Source: Candidatus Anstonellales archaeon (GTDB lineage Archaea; Micrarchaeota; Micrarchaeia; Anstonellales; J096). Taken from it: a stretch of 64,000 bases of DNA. The notes beneath the pieces are model-generated. The model had not been told where the DNA came from, searched no databases, and was given only the letters and a program-made list of their open reading frames with translations. Below, in pieces: positions 49,485-59,936 of this stretch (within the stretch, counting starts at the first letter, position 1; the number at the start of each line of letters is the position of its first letter). Location of the stretch: positions 336,843-400,842 of the forward strand of contig JAWAFI010000001.1 of assembly GCA_038890615.1 (NCBI GenBank). The letters run 5' to 3'. A program made the translations under genes and the position numbers.

Positions 49485-50847
49485 GGCCCCTCTCTCGTTT
49501 TTGGTTTCCATAGCAATACTCTCCCTTCTGCTCCCGCTCTCGCTCTCTTTCCTTTTCTCATCCATAATAGCCCTCATCGTGCACCAATACCCTCGGATGA
49601 AGGCAAGGGAGAAAGAGGCATTAATAGAGGCAGAGCTTCCTTATTTCTTAAGGCAGCTTGGCACATTCCTTTCGCTCGGAATCACATTCGAGAGGGCTTT
49701 GTCCAAAAGCCTCACCCCTTCGCTTGCAGAAGCCCTTAAAGGGGTAGAGCAGGCAAAAAACCTCCCTCTTTTCCTTTCAGCAAAATCATCTTCTTTTGAA
49801 TCGCTCCAGATAAGGAGGGCTCTTGCGCAGGTGGTTAATGCTTACCTCCATGGCTCAGGCAAGGAGCTAATTTCGCTTGGCAACGAGATGGCGGGCTACA
49901 TGCTCTTCTCCCTAAAGGAGAGCAGCTCAAGGATAACAACAATAGGGCTCATCTATGTTGTTGCCCTTTCTGTTGTACCAACATTCCTTATCATCCTCTC
50001 ATCTGTTTCTGGCTACCTTGAGTTCTCAATAAGCCCTGAGCTCCTTTGGGTCCTTCTAATGCTTGCTGTGCCTTGCCTTGCGTTTGCAATCCTTATGCTT
50101 GCAATAGCCTCTTCCCCACCCCATCCATTCTCCCCAAAACAAGTGAATTACTACCCCCTCCTGCTTGCTCCTGTTGCGGTTGCCTTTCCTTCATTCTCCC
50201 TGCTGTGGGCAGCGATGGGGGCGTTCTACTTTTTATATGCCTTCCTGTCAGCCCAAAAAGCAGAGGATTATTCTGACCTTTCATCTGCCCTGCTTTCTGC
50301 TTCTGCGCTCAAGGGAAGGCCTGCTCAGGAAATACTAAATGCACTTAGCACCTCAAAGTTTTTTTCAGGCATAAAAGCCCACTCCTCAAAAGACATTGGG
50401 CGGGCAATAAGGGAATTCATAAGGGGCAAGGAGGAGGTTGTTGTGCGGGTGGGTGAGCTTCTTGAGGGCGCCTACACTGCTGGCTCTGACATGGCAGATG
50501 CCTGCGGCCACTCTGCATCTGACATACTCCGCTACCTTGAATACAGGAGGGAGCTCATCTCCTCCCTTGGCATGCAGAAGTACACCATCCTTCTTGGCGC
50601 CCTGCTTATCCCTCTTATTTTATACATGGCCAATTCACTTTCCTTAAACCTCGGCTCTTATTTGGGCGAGCAGTGGGGGCCAAAGGAAGAGCTTATAGGA
50701 GCTTACTTGGTTATCTACTCCTCCTTGAGCTCATTCTACATCCCTTCTGTTTCAATGGAAAAAAAGGAAGCAGCAGCCCTTTCAGCATTCCTTTTCATAG
50801 CCCCTGCTCTTTCATTCTTTCTCCTAAGCCTTTTAAAGCCATTCTGA
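49474..50847 (+). CDS. TadC/FlaJ-like pilus assembly platform protein
   Basis: IEAELPYFLRQL...GITFERAL; two T2SS-F-like halves; follows the ATPase. Confidence 0.82.
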   Translation: MDYKAPLSFLVSIAILSLLLPLSLSFLFSSIIALIVHQYPRMKAREKEALIEAELPYFLRQLGTFLSLGITFERALSKSLTPSLAEALKGVEQAKNLPLFLSAKSSSFESLQIRRALAQVVNAYLHGSGKELISLGNEMAGYMLFSLKESSSRITTIGLIYVVALSVVPTFLIILSSVSGYLEFSISPELLWVLLMLAVPCLAFAILMLAIASSPPHPFSPKQVNYYPLLLAPVAVAFPSFSLLWAAMGAFYFLYAFLSAQKAEDYSDLSSALLSASALKGRPAQEILNALSTSKFFSGIKAHSSKDIGRAIREFIRGKEEVVVRVGELLEGAYTAGSDMADACGHSASDILRYLEYRRELISSLGMQKYTILLGALLIPLILYMANSLSLNLGSYLGEQWGPKEELIGAYLVIYSSLSSFYIPSVSMEKKEAAALSAFLFIAPALSFFLLSLLKPF

Positions 50848-50852
50848 GCTTT

Positions 50853-51251
50853 ATGCTTATGTTTGATGCTTGGGACATAGCATACGGGCTTTTCATACTC
50901 GCAATACCTTTACTTAAAAAGAAGCCCATAAAAGAGGTGGCTATTGTAGCCATTCTTTCCTTAATAACCTTGCTTTCCCTAAAGCTCTACTTTGCAGTCC
51001 CACGGCCCTGCTCAGGCCAGGAATGGTGCCCTGCATCTTATTCATTCCCAAGCGGGCATACCTTATTTTCATTCTCTTTCTCATCATATTATGTGGGCTC
51101 TGATATATTCCTGATGCTATATGTAATCTCAGTCCTTACAGGCATGGAGCGCGTCATAAGCGGGGTGCACACGCCTGCTGATGTAGTGTTCTCGCTTGGG
51201 CTTTCAATAATTGTATCTACGCTTGCGAGGTGGATAAATGATAGGGCTTAA
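50853..51251 (+). CDS. PAP2-family polyprenyl pyrophosphate phosphatase
   Basis: K...PRP, SFPSGH and ERVISGVHTPADV motifs. Confidence 0.88.
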   Translation: MLMFDAWDIAYGLFILAIPLLKKKPIKEVAIVAILSLITLLSLKLYFAVPRPCSGQEWCPASYSFPSGHTLFSFSFSSYYVGSDIFLMLYVISVLTGMERVISGVHTPADVVFSLGLSIIVSTLARWINDRA

Positions 51252-51747
51252 TGAGAGGAAGGCAATCCATGTTGCAGCAGGAGCAGGCCTTATGTTCCTT
51301 ACTTACGTGGCCCAGCCCTACCTTCTCCCTATCCTTTTCGTCCTATTCATAGTGTTCCTTTTGGTTATGCACGAGTCAAAGGAAGGGGTTATGAAATTCC
51401 TTCTTCCAGGCCTTGCAGCCCCAACTGTAAACTATGTTGCAGGCCTTTGCATAGCCCTTCCCCTCCTTGAAATGAATGAGTTTAGGGCTGTGCTGGTTGC
51501 TCTTGCCCTTAGCGACAGCTTCGCTGCGCTTTTTGGGAAGCACCACCCAATCAAGCGGATGAGCAACGGAAAATCGCTTGGAGGGGCTTTTGCATTCTTT
51601 GCTACCTGTCTCCTTACTTTTCTCTTCCTTCCATTTCCAACCTTCCTTATTTTTGCGCTTGCGCTCTCCTTGATAGAGCTGCTTACACCACTCGATGACA
51701 ACCTAACAATCCCTGTTTCAGGGGCTATACTTCTTTACTTCCTTTAG
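51238..51747 (+). CDS. CTP-dependent dolichol/phytol kinase family protein
   Basis: RKAIH, SDSFAALFG, KSLGGAFAF and DDNLTIP motifs. Confidence 0.85.
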   Translation: MIGLNERKAIHVAAGAGLMFLTYVAQPYLLPILFVLFIVFLLVMHESKEGVMKFLLPGLAAPTVNYVAGLCIALPLLEMNEFRAVLVALALSDSFAALFGKHHPIKRMSNGKSLGGAFAFFATCLLTFLFLPFPTFLIFALALSLIELLTPLDDNLTIPVSGAILLYFL

Positions 51748-54303
51748 CCTGCCTTTGACCACTTCTTTCCCCCCAAAGCTGCCGCCGCATTGATAAACAA
51801 CTTCCTTTGCCCTAATTATCCCTTTTTCGCCAAAAGCCCCGAATTTCCCTTGCTTACCTATGAGCAAAGCCCCTTTTACCCCTTCCTTCCTCATCCTTTC
51901 AAGCAGGCGGTCTATAATTGAGTCCTCAACTATCTCCTCTACATAGTCCTTTCCCCTTGCCTTTTCCATTTCCTTTTCCACAATCGCCTCTTCAAGGCGC
52001 TCAACCTCCTTGCGGAGCTCCTTCCACTCATTAAAGAACCTTTCTGAGGTTTTTGGCAAGTCCTCCTTTGCTACCCTAAATACGCTAGCTGACTTTGAAA
52101 GATACTCCTCCTGCTCGTGCACATACTCAAGGGCTGCTTCCCCTACCTTGTAAACAATCCTTTCTACCCCGTCCTGAACCCCCTCCCTCCTCACTATCTT
52201 AAATAAGCCAAATTCCCCTATGTTGTCATGCATCTGGTGGGTTCCGCCGCATGCCTCAACATCAACCCCTTCAATGATCACTATGCGGAGCTCCTTGCCA
52301 GGCACAGCCCCTCCTTGGTATATCCCAAACCCATACTTTTGCTCCGCTATGTTCCTTGGGATTATCTCAATGCTTATCTTCCTTTCCTCCCTTATCCACT
52401 TGTTTATCATCCTTTCCATTTCCTTGAGCTCATTGTCTTCTATTCTCTTATAGTGGGTGATGTCAAGATGGGCTATATTCTCTGATTTCTTTGCGCCTGC
52501 CTGGTAGCAGTGCCTTCCCAACACAGCCCTTGCTGCTGCGTTTATGAGGTGAGCTGCAGTGTGGTGCTTTGCAATCCTCTTTCTCCTCTCTATGTCAACG
52601 CTGCACCTAACCTTCATTCCTTCCCTAAACTTTGAAGCATCCCTTACCTTATGGAATATAACTCCGTCCTTCCTGAAGACCTCAACAACCTCTTCTTCAT
52701 TAATTTTTCCCTTGTCGCACGCCTGGCCCCCGCCTTCAGGGTAGAAAGCGCTCCTGTCAAGCACAATGTAGTTTCCATCAACCCTAAGCACAATGGCTTC
52801 GAAATCCCCTTCTTTGCCATAGTAGAGAGGCTCTGTTTTCTCTACCCCTTCTGTCTTTAGGTCAAAGCCTCTTTCTGCTATATCCTCCTTTTCGCTTATG
52901 AGCGAATAGAAATTCTCAGGCACCTTTATCTCCAGCCCTTTCTTTGCTGCTTCCTCTGCAACATATTCAGGCGGTATCCCATTGCTCTTGTAGAGCTCTA
53001 CAAGCTTTTCAGTAGTTATGCTGCCCTTGGCTATCTCCTTCTCAACCTTTCTCCCTGCCTTTTCTATTGTTTCCCTATACTTCCTTTTCTCCTCCTCAAT
53101 TACCTTCCCTGTGCTTTCAACCCCTTCCTGCAGGTATGGGAACATTTCTTCCAAGAAATCAGCATGGAGCTCGCAAAGCTTTGCATAGTCCCATTCCCAG
53201 CCAAACTTCTGCTCAAACCCGAATGCCCTCCTCAATATCATGCGCAGGTTATAGCCGCCTCCTGAATTGCCTGGAAGCATGCCGTCTGTTGTTGTGAAGA
53301 GCACCGTTAGCACATGGTCTGCAGTTGCGTAAATCGCCTGAAGCATCCTTAGCTCATTCTCATCAACCCCAATCTCCTCAACTACTTTCCTTTCAAGCTC
53401 TTTTGCGCCTTTTGTTTCTTCCATGTTTATCCTTCCCAAGCGCATGGCATATTCTCCCATTCTCTTTTCATCCACATCTACACCTGCCTGAGCCTTCATA
53501 TATTCAACTGCCTTGGCCATAACGATCTCATAAGAGGTTGGGGTTCCATGAGTTATCCAGCTGAGCCTTGCCAGCCCTGCGCCCATGTCTATAACTTTTG
53601 TGTTGAGCTCCTTTCCGCTATCTTCGTACTGCATGAAAACGCAGTTCCCCAGCTCAAGCCCATCCTTAAAGTATTCAAGAGAAGGCCCGTAGTTGCCACC
53701 TCCTGCCCAAACATCCTCAACAAATGTAATGTCCTCCTGCCTTATTCCTAAGGCTCCAAGGTAGCCTATGTCGTGCTCTATTGCTTCTTCCTTCCAGTAG
53801 AAAACCCCTGTCTTTTCAGTGTTAAAGGCCAGCTGGCCCACCATAACAAAGTTGGTATAATGCCTTCCTGTAACCCCAACATTGTCCACATCAGGGAATC
53901 TTATGCACGGCTGGGGGATTATAACAGGGTTTGCTATTGGCTCAAGCTCGCCCCTAACTGTGTAGGGCTGGAAGTCGTTTATGCTTGCTATTGTGAAGTA
54001 AAGGTCATCCCTCCACCTTGCCACTGTTGGGAAGGGCTTGACATAGCCATGCCCTGTTTTTAAAAAATAGTCCTTTATGACATTCCAAGTTTCAATATAG
54101 CCAAGCTTTTTGCCAACCTTGCCTATGAAAGAGTAGCCAACGCATTCAGAGTCCCCACAGTACTCTCTTTCTTCTATGCTCCAGAAGCTCTTCCCGCAGC
54201 CTTTGCACTTCTGCCTGCTGAACCCCCTTTCCCTTAGCACACGAAGCTCATAGTGCTTCTTCCATTCATTGCTGAACTCCCTACGGAGCTTTTCCTTGTC
54301 CAT
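51718..54303 (-). CDS. alaS: Alanyl-tRNA synthetase (archaeal type)
   Basis: ARWRDDLYFTIASI, NVGVTGRH, DMGAGL, FYPEGGGQ, HTAAHL and EACGGTH motifs. Confidence 0.97.
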   Translation of the reverse strand: MDKEKLRREFSNEWKKHYELRVLRERGFSRQKCKGCGKSFWSIEEREYCGDSECVGYSFIGKVGKKLGYIETWNVIKDYFLKTGHGYVKPFPTVARWRDDLYFTIASINDFQPYTVRGELEPIANPVIIPQPCIRFPDVDNVGVTGRHYTNFVMVGQLAFNTEKTGVFYWKEEAIEHDIGYLGALGIRQEDITFVEDVWAGGGNYGPSLEYFKDGLELGNCVFMQYEDSGKELNTKVIDMGAGLARLSWITHGTPTSYEIVMAKAVEYMKAQAGVDVDEKRMGEYAMRLGRINMEETKGAKELERKVVEEIGVDENELRMLQAIYATADHVLTVLFTTTDGMLPGNSGGGYNLRMILRRAFGFEQKFGWEWDYAKLCELHADFLEEMFPYLQEGVESTGKVIEEEKRKYRETIEKAGRKVEKEIAKGSITTEKLVELYKSNGIPPEYVAEEAAKKGLEIKVPENFYSLISEKEDIAERGFDLKTEGVEKTEPLYYGKEGDFEAIVLRVDGNYIVLDRSAFYPEGGGQACDKGKINEEEVVEVFRKDGVIFHKVRDASKFREGMKVRCSVDIERRKRIAKHHTAAHLINAAARAVLGRHCYQAGAKKSENIAHLDITHYKRIEDNELKEMERMINKWIREERKISIEIIPRNIAEQKYGFGIYQGGAVPGKELRIVIIEGVDVEACGGTHQMHDNIGEFGLFKIVRREGVQDGVERIVYKVGEAALEYVHEQEEYLSKSASVFRVAKEDLPKTSERFFNEWKELRKEVERLEEAIVEKEMEKARGKDYVEEIVEDSIIDRLLERMRKEGVKGALLIGKQGKFGAFGEKGIIRAKEVVYQCGGSFGGKEVVKGRLKEVKKYSP

Positions 54304-54313
54304 GTGCTTCTAT

Positions 54314-55999
54314 TCACGCTTTTCCTTGCTGGCTTTTTAATTCTTTTCTAAATTCATTAAGCTGGTTAAAAGCCAGTTGTTGTTGCCACGGATCCCCGAA
54401 ATTGATGAGAAGAATAAGATTGAAAAGCACTGTTGGGTCTTTCTTCTTTATTGCCTCCTGGACCTTTTCCTTTATAATTTTTTCATCATTAGTAGTAATG
54501 CCAAGCATGGAGGCAGCAACGCTTACCCTTGAATTTACAACTTCCTTGTACTCGGCAAGCTCTTTGCTGTCTATGAAGTATGACCTCTCCTTAAGCATAT
54601 TCACTGCTGAAAGATAGCCTACTGCTTTCCTTCCTTCGTCAGTAGTCGGATCCATCTCTGCAATCTGGTGCATATCTTTGGCGGTTTTTCCAATTACCTT
54701 GGGATCCCCATCTATTACATGCGACATTGCTAATGCGTAGCCTACAATCTCAGGTGGTGCATTGCTTTTAGCAAGCTTTTCAGCAATAGCCTTTGCCTTG
54801 TGCCTCTGGCCGTTTGCCATTGCCTTATGTAAGCTATCAATTTTTTTGTAAAGGCTCTTGATTCCATCCTGAGTCATTCTGCCATTTTCATCAACTTCAA
54901 ACTTATATCCTTTCCTTGGGTAGAACACCGTATACCATAATTCTGAAAGTTGATAGGTTGCGCTCTTCATTGAATTGTACACTGTCCTTGCGAGGTGAAT
55001 AGGGAGCTTTAATATGAATTCATCGGCAAATGACTTCACATAGTCCCCATTACTTAAAATTTCTCCTTTGCTCTTTTTCTCTGCTATTCTTTCCTTGTAG
55101 GTGCCATATGCGTCAAGCATTGCCATAACCCCTACTATAATCGGATCTGCAAAGCTTGCGCCTTGCTTTCCAATAGAAGCAAAACCGAGCCCAAGGGAAG
55201 CCCCTCCGCTGCCCCAATAAATAGGCCCGAGTGAAAGAGCAGGATTCTTTGAAATACTAAGCCCATAAATATCCCTCCTAAACTCAATTGCACTGTTCTT
55301 TGTTATTGCAAGACCTGCATAGGTACTACCGCTCTTCTCTGTTTGGCCTGATATCGAGGCGCTAAGAGAATGCTGTAGTTCTCCTTTGTCATTCACAACT
55401 GTTTGCACTCCTACGCCTCCATAAACAGTTTTAGTAGGCGTTAACCTTAAAATTTTCTTTGCAGCTCTTGAAAATCTAGCCCCTGCATAAAGGTGCTTTT
55501 CAGCTCCAGGTCTGTAAAACAGCTGCTCAAGCGCATTATTCATGAATTTCTTGGAGCTCATACTATCCCCGGGCTCAAGCACATATCCTTTTTCGGTTTG
55601 GGTTATCTTGTCGCCAATCATCTCAGGCCGGAGAACCCCTGTTTCAATCAGCACATGAATGCAGATATTCATTGCTCCCTTCCCTGCCTCACCGTTGAAA
55701 TAGAGCTTTCTTCCATTCTCTATCCTTGTTGCTGCTTCTTCAAGTATTTTTATAACTTCTGATATTCTTCCGCCTGTGCTACTGTCTGTGATGGCAATTA
55801 ACTCTGCGAGGCTTATTTTACTCCTATTCTTGAATGCTTTCTCAACTTCTTCCTGCACCTTGTCCAAATTAGTGTAGCCAACCCTGTCTGCGAAAAGCCT
55901 TGTTGATTCAATAGCTTGCTCCTTTGTAAGCATTATTTTGCTTGCATTTGTCCTGCCTTCAACAACCTTATCAAGATTTTGGATCTGTTTTTCTACCAT
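54314..55999 (-). CDS. Orphan 561-aa protein with central Gly-rich beta/hydrophobic segment
   Basis: Long ORF; GAGGTGAT RBS overlaps the upstream gene's stop. Confidence 0.85.
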   Translation of the reverse strand: MVEKQIQNLDKVVEGRTNASKIMLTKEQAIESTRLFADRVGYTNLDKVQEEVEKAFKNRSKISLAELIAITDSSTGGRISEVIKILEEAATRIENGRKLYFNGEAGKGAMNICIHVLIETGVLRPEMIGDKITQTEKGYVLEPGDSMSSKKFMNNALEQLFYRPGAEKHLYAGARFSRAAKKILRLTPTKTVYGGVGVQTVVNDKGELQHSLSASISGQTEKSGSTYAGLAITKNSAIEFRRDIYGLSISKNPALSLGPIYWGSGGASLGLGFASIGKQGASFADPIIVGVMAMLDAYGTYKERIAEKKSKGEILSNGDYVKSFADEFILKLPIHLARTVYNSMKSATYQLSELWYTVFYPRKGYKFEVDENGRMTQDGIKSLYKKIDSLHKAMANGQRHKAKAIAEKLAKSNAPPEIVGYALAMSHVIDGDPKVIGKTAKDMHQIAEMDPTTDEGRKAVGYLSAVNMLKERSYFIDSKELAEYKEVVNSRVSVAASMLGITTNDEKIIKEKVQEAIKKKDPTVLFNLILLINFGDPWQQQLAFNQLNEFRKELKSQQGKA

Positions 56000-56008
56000 C
56001 TAATCACC

Positions 56009-59000
56009 TCAAAATATCCAATACCAGTAGCCTCCAATCCCTATTGCCCAGCTTTGCCCTACCTTTTCGAACTTTATGTCAAGCACTCCACTGCTGTCAG
56101 AGCCTTTTTTCATATCAACTGCCACCCCCATCACGAGCTCCTTTATAGGCCCTCCTTCGAAATTCGTCTTGCCCCCTCCAAGATAAAACCTTATGTCAGT
56201 AAGCGCAAGCTTTCCTTCATTATTTACCCGCAAGCTGTATATGCCTCCATGGAAGGTTAGGAGCTCGTCAGTTACATCCTTTGCCTGCGCATTGGCGTCA
56301 ATGAGGACCATGCCCTGTTTTGTGAACCCAACATACCATTTGAGCCCATTCTTTGTCCTTACCTCAATCCCTACCTCACCAAGAGTTATTTTTGCGTCCT
56401 TGAAATATTCTGCTATCTTTTCAGGGGTTATGCTCTGGGCCATATTTCCCTCCGTATAGCCCATCACCAGCGTGATATTTCCGCTCTTTATCCCAGCGTA
56501 GAGGCTATCCGTGCTAATTACGCCTTCAGAGCCGCTTTCCTTTATCTTTTTCACTACCACCCCTAGAACTGCGCTTGAGATAGGCACAACAACCTGCGCC
56601 TCTTGCACCTCAGTCATTTTTTCTGCTTGTGTGTACTCAAAAAGCCCCATTGATGCCGCAACACCTCCATCTATCTTTATGAAAGCGTTTACCCCATAAT
56701 TCCCCTCTTTCCCGTAAAGGGCTGCAAGCTCAAGCTTTCCAAGCCCCTTCTTGTTCACAGCATAAAGAGCGCCGTAGTAGGTTTGCGATAAAGCAAAGAG
56801 CGACAATGCTGATCTGCCTCTCTTCAAGTACCTTTCAATATTGCTCTTTATTCTGCCAAGCTCTGCGTGAAGCTTTCCCTTGTCTCCTTCTGTAGAATTT
56901 ATTTCATCCAGCTTTTCCTGGTATCTTTTCAGTTCTTCTCTTATATTCACGTTTATGTATGCCAGCTCAAGAAGGGCAAAGCTGAACTCCTGCGCATAAT
57001 TGTAGTAACTCAACTGGACAGTCTGCTTTGTATTGTTGCCTTTTCCATATGTTCCCTGGAGTATGATGCTGTCCATTCCAAGCAGCGTTTCTTTTGCAAA
57101 TGTGCCAAGTATAAGACCGTCCCATTCCTCCTCACTAAGATGACCTCCAAAAGTCCCACCCACCCCTGTTCCTTTTCCTGAATATCTCCTAAGGTTGAAT
57201 ATGCTTGCATCAACGGAAATATTGCCTTCTTTCATTCCATAGCTAGCAACATAGTAGTTGTTCTCTTCCTTGCTTTCCCCTGCGATTCCAAGCCACATGA
57301 AATCCTTTTTCCTGTCTCTGCCTACGAAATAGCCAGCCATCAACCCATAGTCTAGGCTTTTTTCCCCTCCTTTTATTACAGGTGGCCCGTATACTTCAAC
57401 ATAGCCGTATTTGTTTCCTTCGCTCATGAGCAACCCAACAGCGCTTGCGTTGTCTGCAGCAGCAGCGAATGCAGCAAAGTTGTTTGTGCTCATGCTCAAA
57501 AGGCCGCCAACTAATCTATCTTCGCTTGCCATTATTTTCATTTCAGCAGAGTTTCCTGACATCGCTATAAGCAATCTGTCAAGGCCCTCTTTAGGTGCGT
57601 CGAAATGCACCCTATACCAATAGCCAGTTTCAGTGTCATGGAAGTAGCCTCTTACACTGTATCCTTTCTCTGTTTTATCAAAGAAAAGCAGTGTGTTTCC
57701 CTTAAGCAGGCCTTCTTTGACCATTAGGTCAAGCGCTGTGTGGAGCTCTTCCTCCTCTTCACCTACAACCGCACTTACTCTGCCGTCAAATGTCCAGTTC
57801 TCCCCATTGGATATGTCATTAAGGATAGAGTCCAGCCTATATCTATGGAAGTCAGTGGTTATAGTAGTATCTAACCTCCCTATCCCTATAAAGCTCGCTG
57901 TTATTGTTCCATACCCTACGTCTCTTTCACCCCTATCATAATACCTTCCACTCAATACCCCCGTCGTTTCAAGAAACTTCGTTTTATCAAAAAATTTTGG
58001 GCGCTCCATCTCTACTATAAATTTGCTTAGCGAAGAAGAGAGAATCTTGAAAGGAAGGACAGGAACATACCTTTTTGTGCTGAGTATGCTCCTTGTTTCA
58101 GCGTCGAAAGGCATTCCGAAATTCGGCCTTTCATAAGGCCCTCGCAGTTCTTCCACTGCTTGTTCCCCTCTTGTGAGCATAGGGAACAATGCATTTGCTC
58201 CAGGATAGAGCGAAAATGCGGAGGGATAGCCTCGTTGGGAAATATAGAAGTTCCTTACCCACTGCTCAGTAGGACCTAGCAGGCGCATACTTTCATCTCT
58301 TATTTGGGCATTAGACCCATACCCATATATGGTGCTTGCTGCTGTGCTTAACCCCCTGTCTTGATACATTTCATTAATTAGAATTTTCATCATTTCCTGC
58401 AGGGAGAACGAAACTACCTCTTTCTTTCTTTCAAAATGCTCCACAACCTTGCTCTCAGCTTCCCAAGTGTAGTAGCTTATTATTTTTGACTCAGCCACCG
58501 TCACAGCATTAAGCACGTCTATGAAAACCCCCAAGTCCTCAATCTGGCCTAAAAGGTGGGGGTAAAAAGAGTTTATTAGTTCCAGCTTTGTTGAATCAAG
58601 CTTTACTGCCCCGAAGTGTTCGGCGAACAGCCTTAACCACTCAACTTCATCCATCTTTGAGTCCAGAACATATTCATAACCTTTCTTTTCCTCATTCCAT
58701 TTGCCCATAACTCCTACATAATTGCTTTCCCTTATAACTGGCACAAGATTGCTGTAGAACGAGTACTGTTGGAGCAGGTCAAGGTTTTTCAGGAGCGAAA
58801 CATGCTCTAGCTGCTTCTCCTTGTTTTCCTTGGTGAATGTGCCATACTGTGCTGCAAACCCCCCCCTCCACCCTTGGAACCCTTTATCATTTTCTATCTT
58901 TTGCAATGCTTTCAGCAATACTTCATAGGCGTCTTTGCCATCCACTCCGAACCATTTCTTTAGGCTTTCTTTTGGCCCATATTTTTTCTCAATAAGGTAG

Positions 59001-59875
59001 TTCACTCCCTCCCTTCCGTTCTTTTTTTCTATTTCTTTTAGAAGCTGTCTTAAATTAGCTACTGACTGGGCTGCATCAAAAGTTGAGGCATCTGCAGCCA
59101 TTGCACTACTAAGGTTAGCATATCCTTCATTAAGCTGCATTACCTTTTGCACAACATCCTCTTCTTCCCCTATAACCTTTGCTAATTTCTCCCTGTTCCT
59201 TCTTACAAAATCCTTAAGCCGTGCTGCTCCTTCAAGCTGAGAGGGCCATTTTCCTTCTTTGATGGCCTCAATCAGCAACTTATTTACATATTTCTTTACC
59301 TGTGGATCCTTGCTCATTTCACTGTAGAGCTTTTCTGCAACTAGTCTTCCTTGTGTATCGACATCCCCCACCCTTCCCAAGAGTGCTAGAGATTGGATGA
59401 AATATTTTAGCACCATGCTTTTCTGGCTTTCTGTAAGCTCTTTTGGGTTGAAATATTGTGTTTCCAATTCACTAGGCTCTTCTTTCTTCTTATCTTCCTT
59501 TTTCGTTTTGTCTTCTTTCTCTCTCCTTTCTTCAGGTTTAGGTTCTACCTTTTTAGGGACTTCTTCCCCCTTTTTCACTTTCTCCTCTCCTTTTGGTTGT
59601 GGTTCCTTCCCTGCCTTCCTCCTACCATAAACGATCTCCTCCATCTTCTCAACGATATGCTCTACGAGCTGTTTTTTAGTAAAATTTGGATTGTTTAGGT
59701 TTTTTATAAGGAATTCATCAATAAACTTATCTATCTTTTCCATCTTCCTTCTGCTTAGATTAAGGTATTCATTCCTTGGGTTTCTTCTGTTATATTTATC
59801 TATTGCCTCTAATCTGATTTCTATCATTTTTTTCCAATCATTGTTTGATATTTTTTCTTGAGCAGACACTGGCAT
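56009..59875 (-). CDS. Orphan 1288-aa protein: helical N-half, beta-rich C-half ending in GGYWYWIF
   Basis: Long ORF, AGGTGGA RBS, no signal peptide. Confidence 0.88.
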   Translation of the reverse strand: MPVSAQEKISNNDWKKMIEIRLEAIDKYNRRNPRNEYLNLSRRKMEKIDKFIDEFLIKNLNNPNFTKKQLVEHIVEKMEEIVYGRRKAGKEPQPKGEEKVKKGEEVPKKVEPKPEERREKEDKTKKEDKKKEEPSELETQYFNPKELTESQKSMVLKYFIQSLALLGRVGDVDTQGRLVAEKLYSEMSKDPQVKKYVNKLLIEAIKEGKWPSQLEGAARLKDFVRRNREKLAKVIGEEEDVVQKVMQLNEGYANLSSAMAADASTFDAAQSVANLRQLLKEIEKKNGREGVNYLIEKKYGPKESLKKWFGVDGKDAYEVLLKALQKIENDKGFQGWRGGFAAQYGTFTKENKEKQLEHVSLLKNLDLLQQYSFYSNLVPVIRESNYVGVMGKWNEEKKGYEYVLDSKMDEVEWLRLFAEHFGAVKLDSTKLELINSFYPHLLGQIEDLGVFIDVLNAVTVAESKIISYYTWEAESKVVEHFERKKEVVSFSLQEMMKILINEMYQDRGLSTAASTIYGYGSNAQIRDESMRLLGPTEQWVRNFYISQRGYPSAFSLYPGANALFPMLTRGEQAVEELRGPYERPNFGMPFDAETRSILSTKRYVPVLPFKILSSSLSKFIVEMERPKFFDKTKFLETTGVLSGRYYDRGERDVGYGTITASFIGIGRLDTTITTDFHRYRLDSILNDISNGENWTFDGRVSAVVGEEEEELHTALDLMVKEGLLKGNTLLFFDKTEKGYSVRGYFHDTETGYWYRVHFDAPKEGLDRLLIAMSGNSAEMKIMASEDRLVGGLLSMSTNNFAAFAAAADNASAVGLLMSEGNKYGYVEVYGPPVIKGGEKSLDYGLMAGYFVGRDRKKDFMWLGIAGESKEENNYYVASYGMKEGNISVDASIFNLRRYSGKGTGVGGTFGGHLSEEEWDGLILGTFAKETLLGMDSIILQGTYGKGNNTKQTVQLSYYNYAQEFSFALLELAYINVNIREELKRYQEKLDEINSTEGDKGKLHAELGRIKSNIERYLKRGRSALSLFALSQTYYGALYAVNKKGLGKLELAALYGKEGNYGVNAFIKIDGGVAASMGLFEYTQAEKMTEVQEAQVVVPISSAVLGVVVKKIKESGSEGVISTDSLYAGIKSGNITLVMGYTEGNMAQSITPEKIAEYFKDAKITLGEVGIEVRTKNGLKWYVGFTKQGMVLIDANAQAKDVTDELLTFHGGIYSLRVNNEGKLALTDIRFYLGGGKTNFEGGPIKELVMGVAVDMKKGSDSSGVLDIKFEKVGQSWAIGIGGYWYWIF
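59703..59861 (-). repeat. 159-bp direct repeat, copy 1 (5' end of the 1288-aa gene)
   Basis: Identical to 63242-63400 except one base (59748 vs 63287). Confidence 0.95.
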
Positions 59876-59936
59876 CTATCCACCTATAAAAATAAGGGCT
59901 GGGCATATATTTAAACCTAATCTTTCTTTCCCTATT

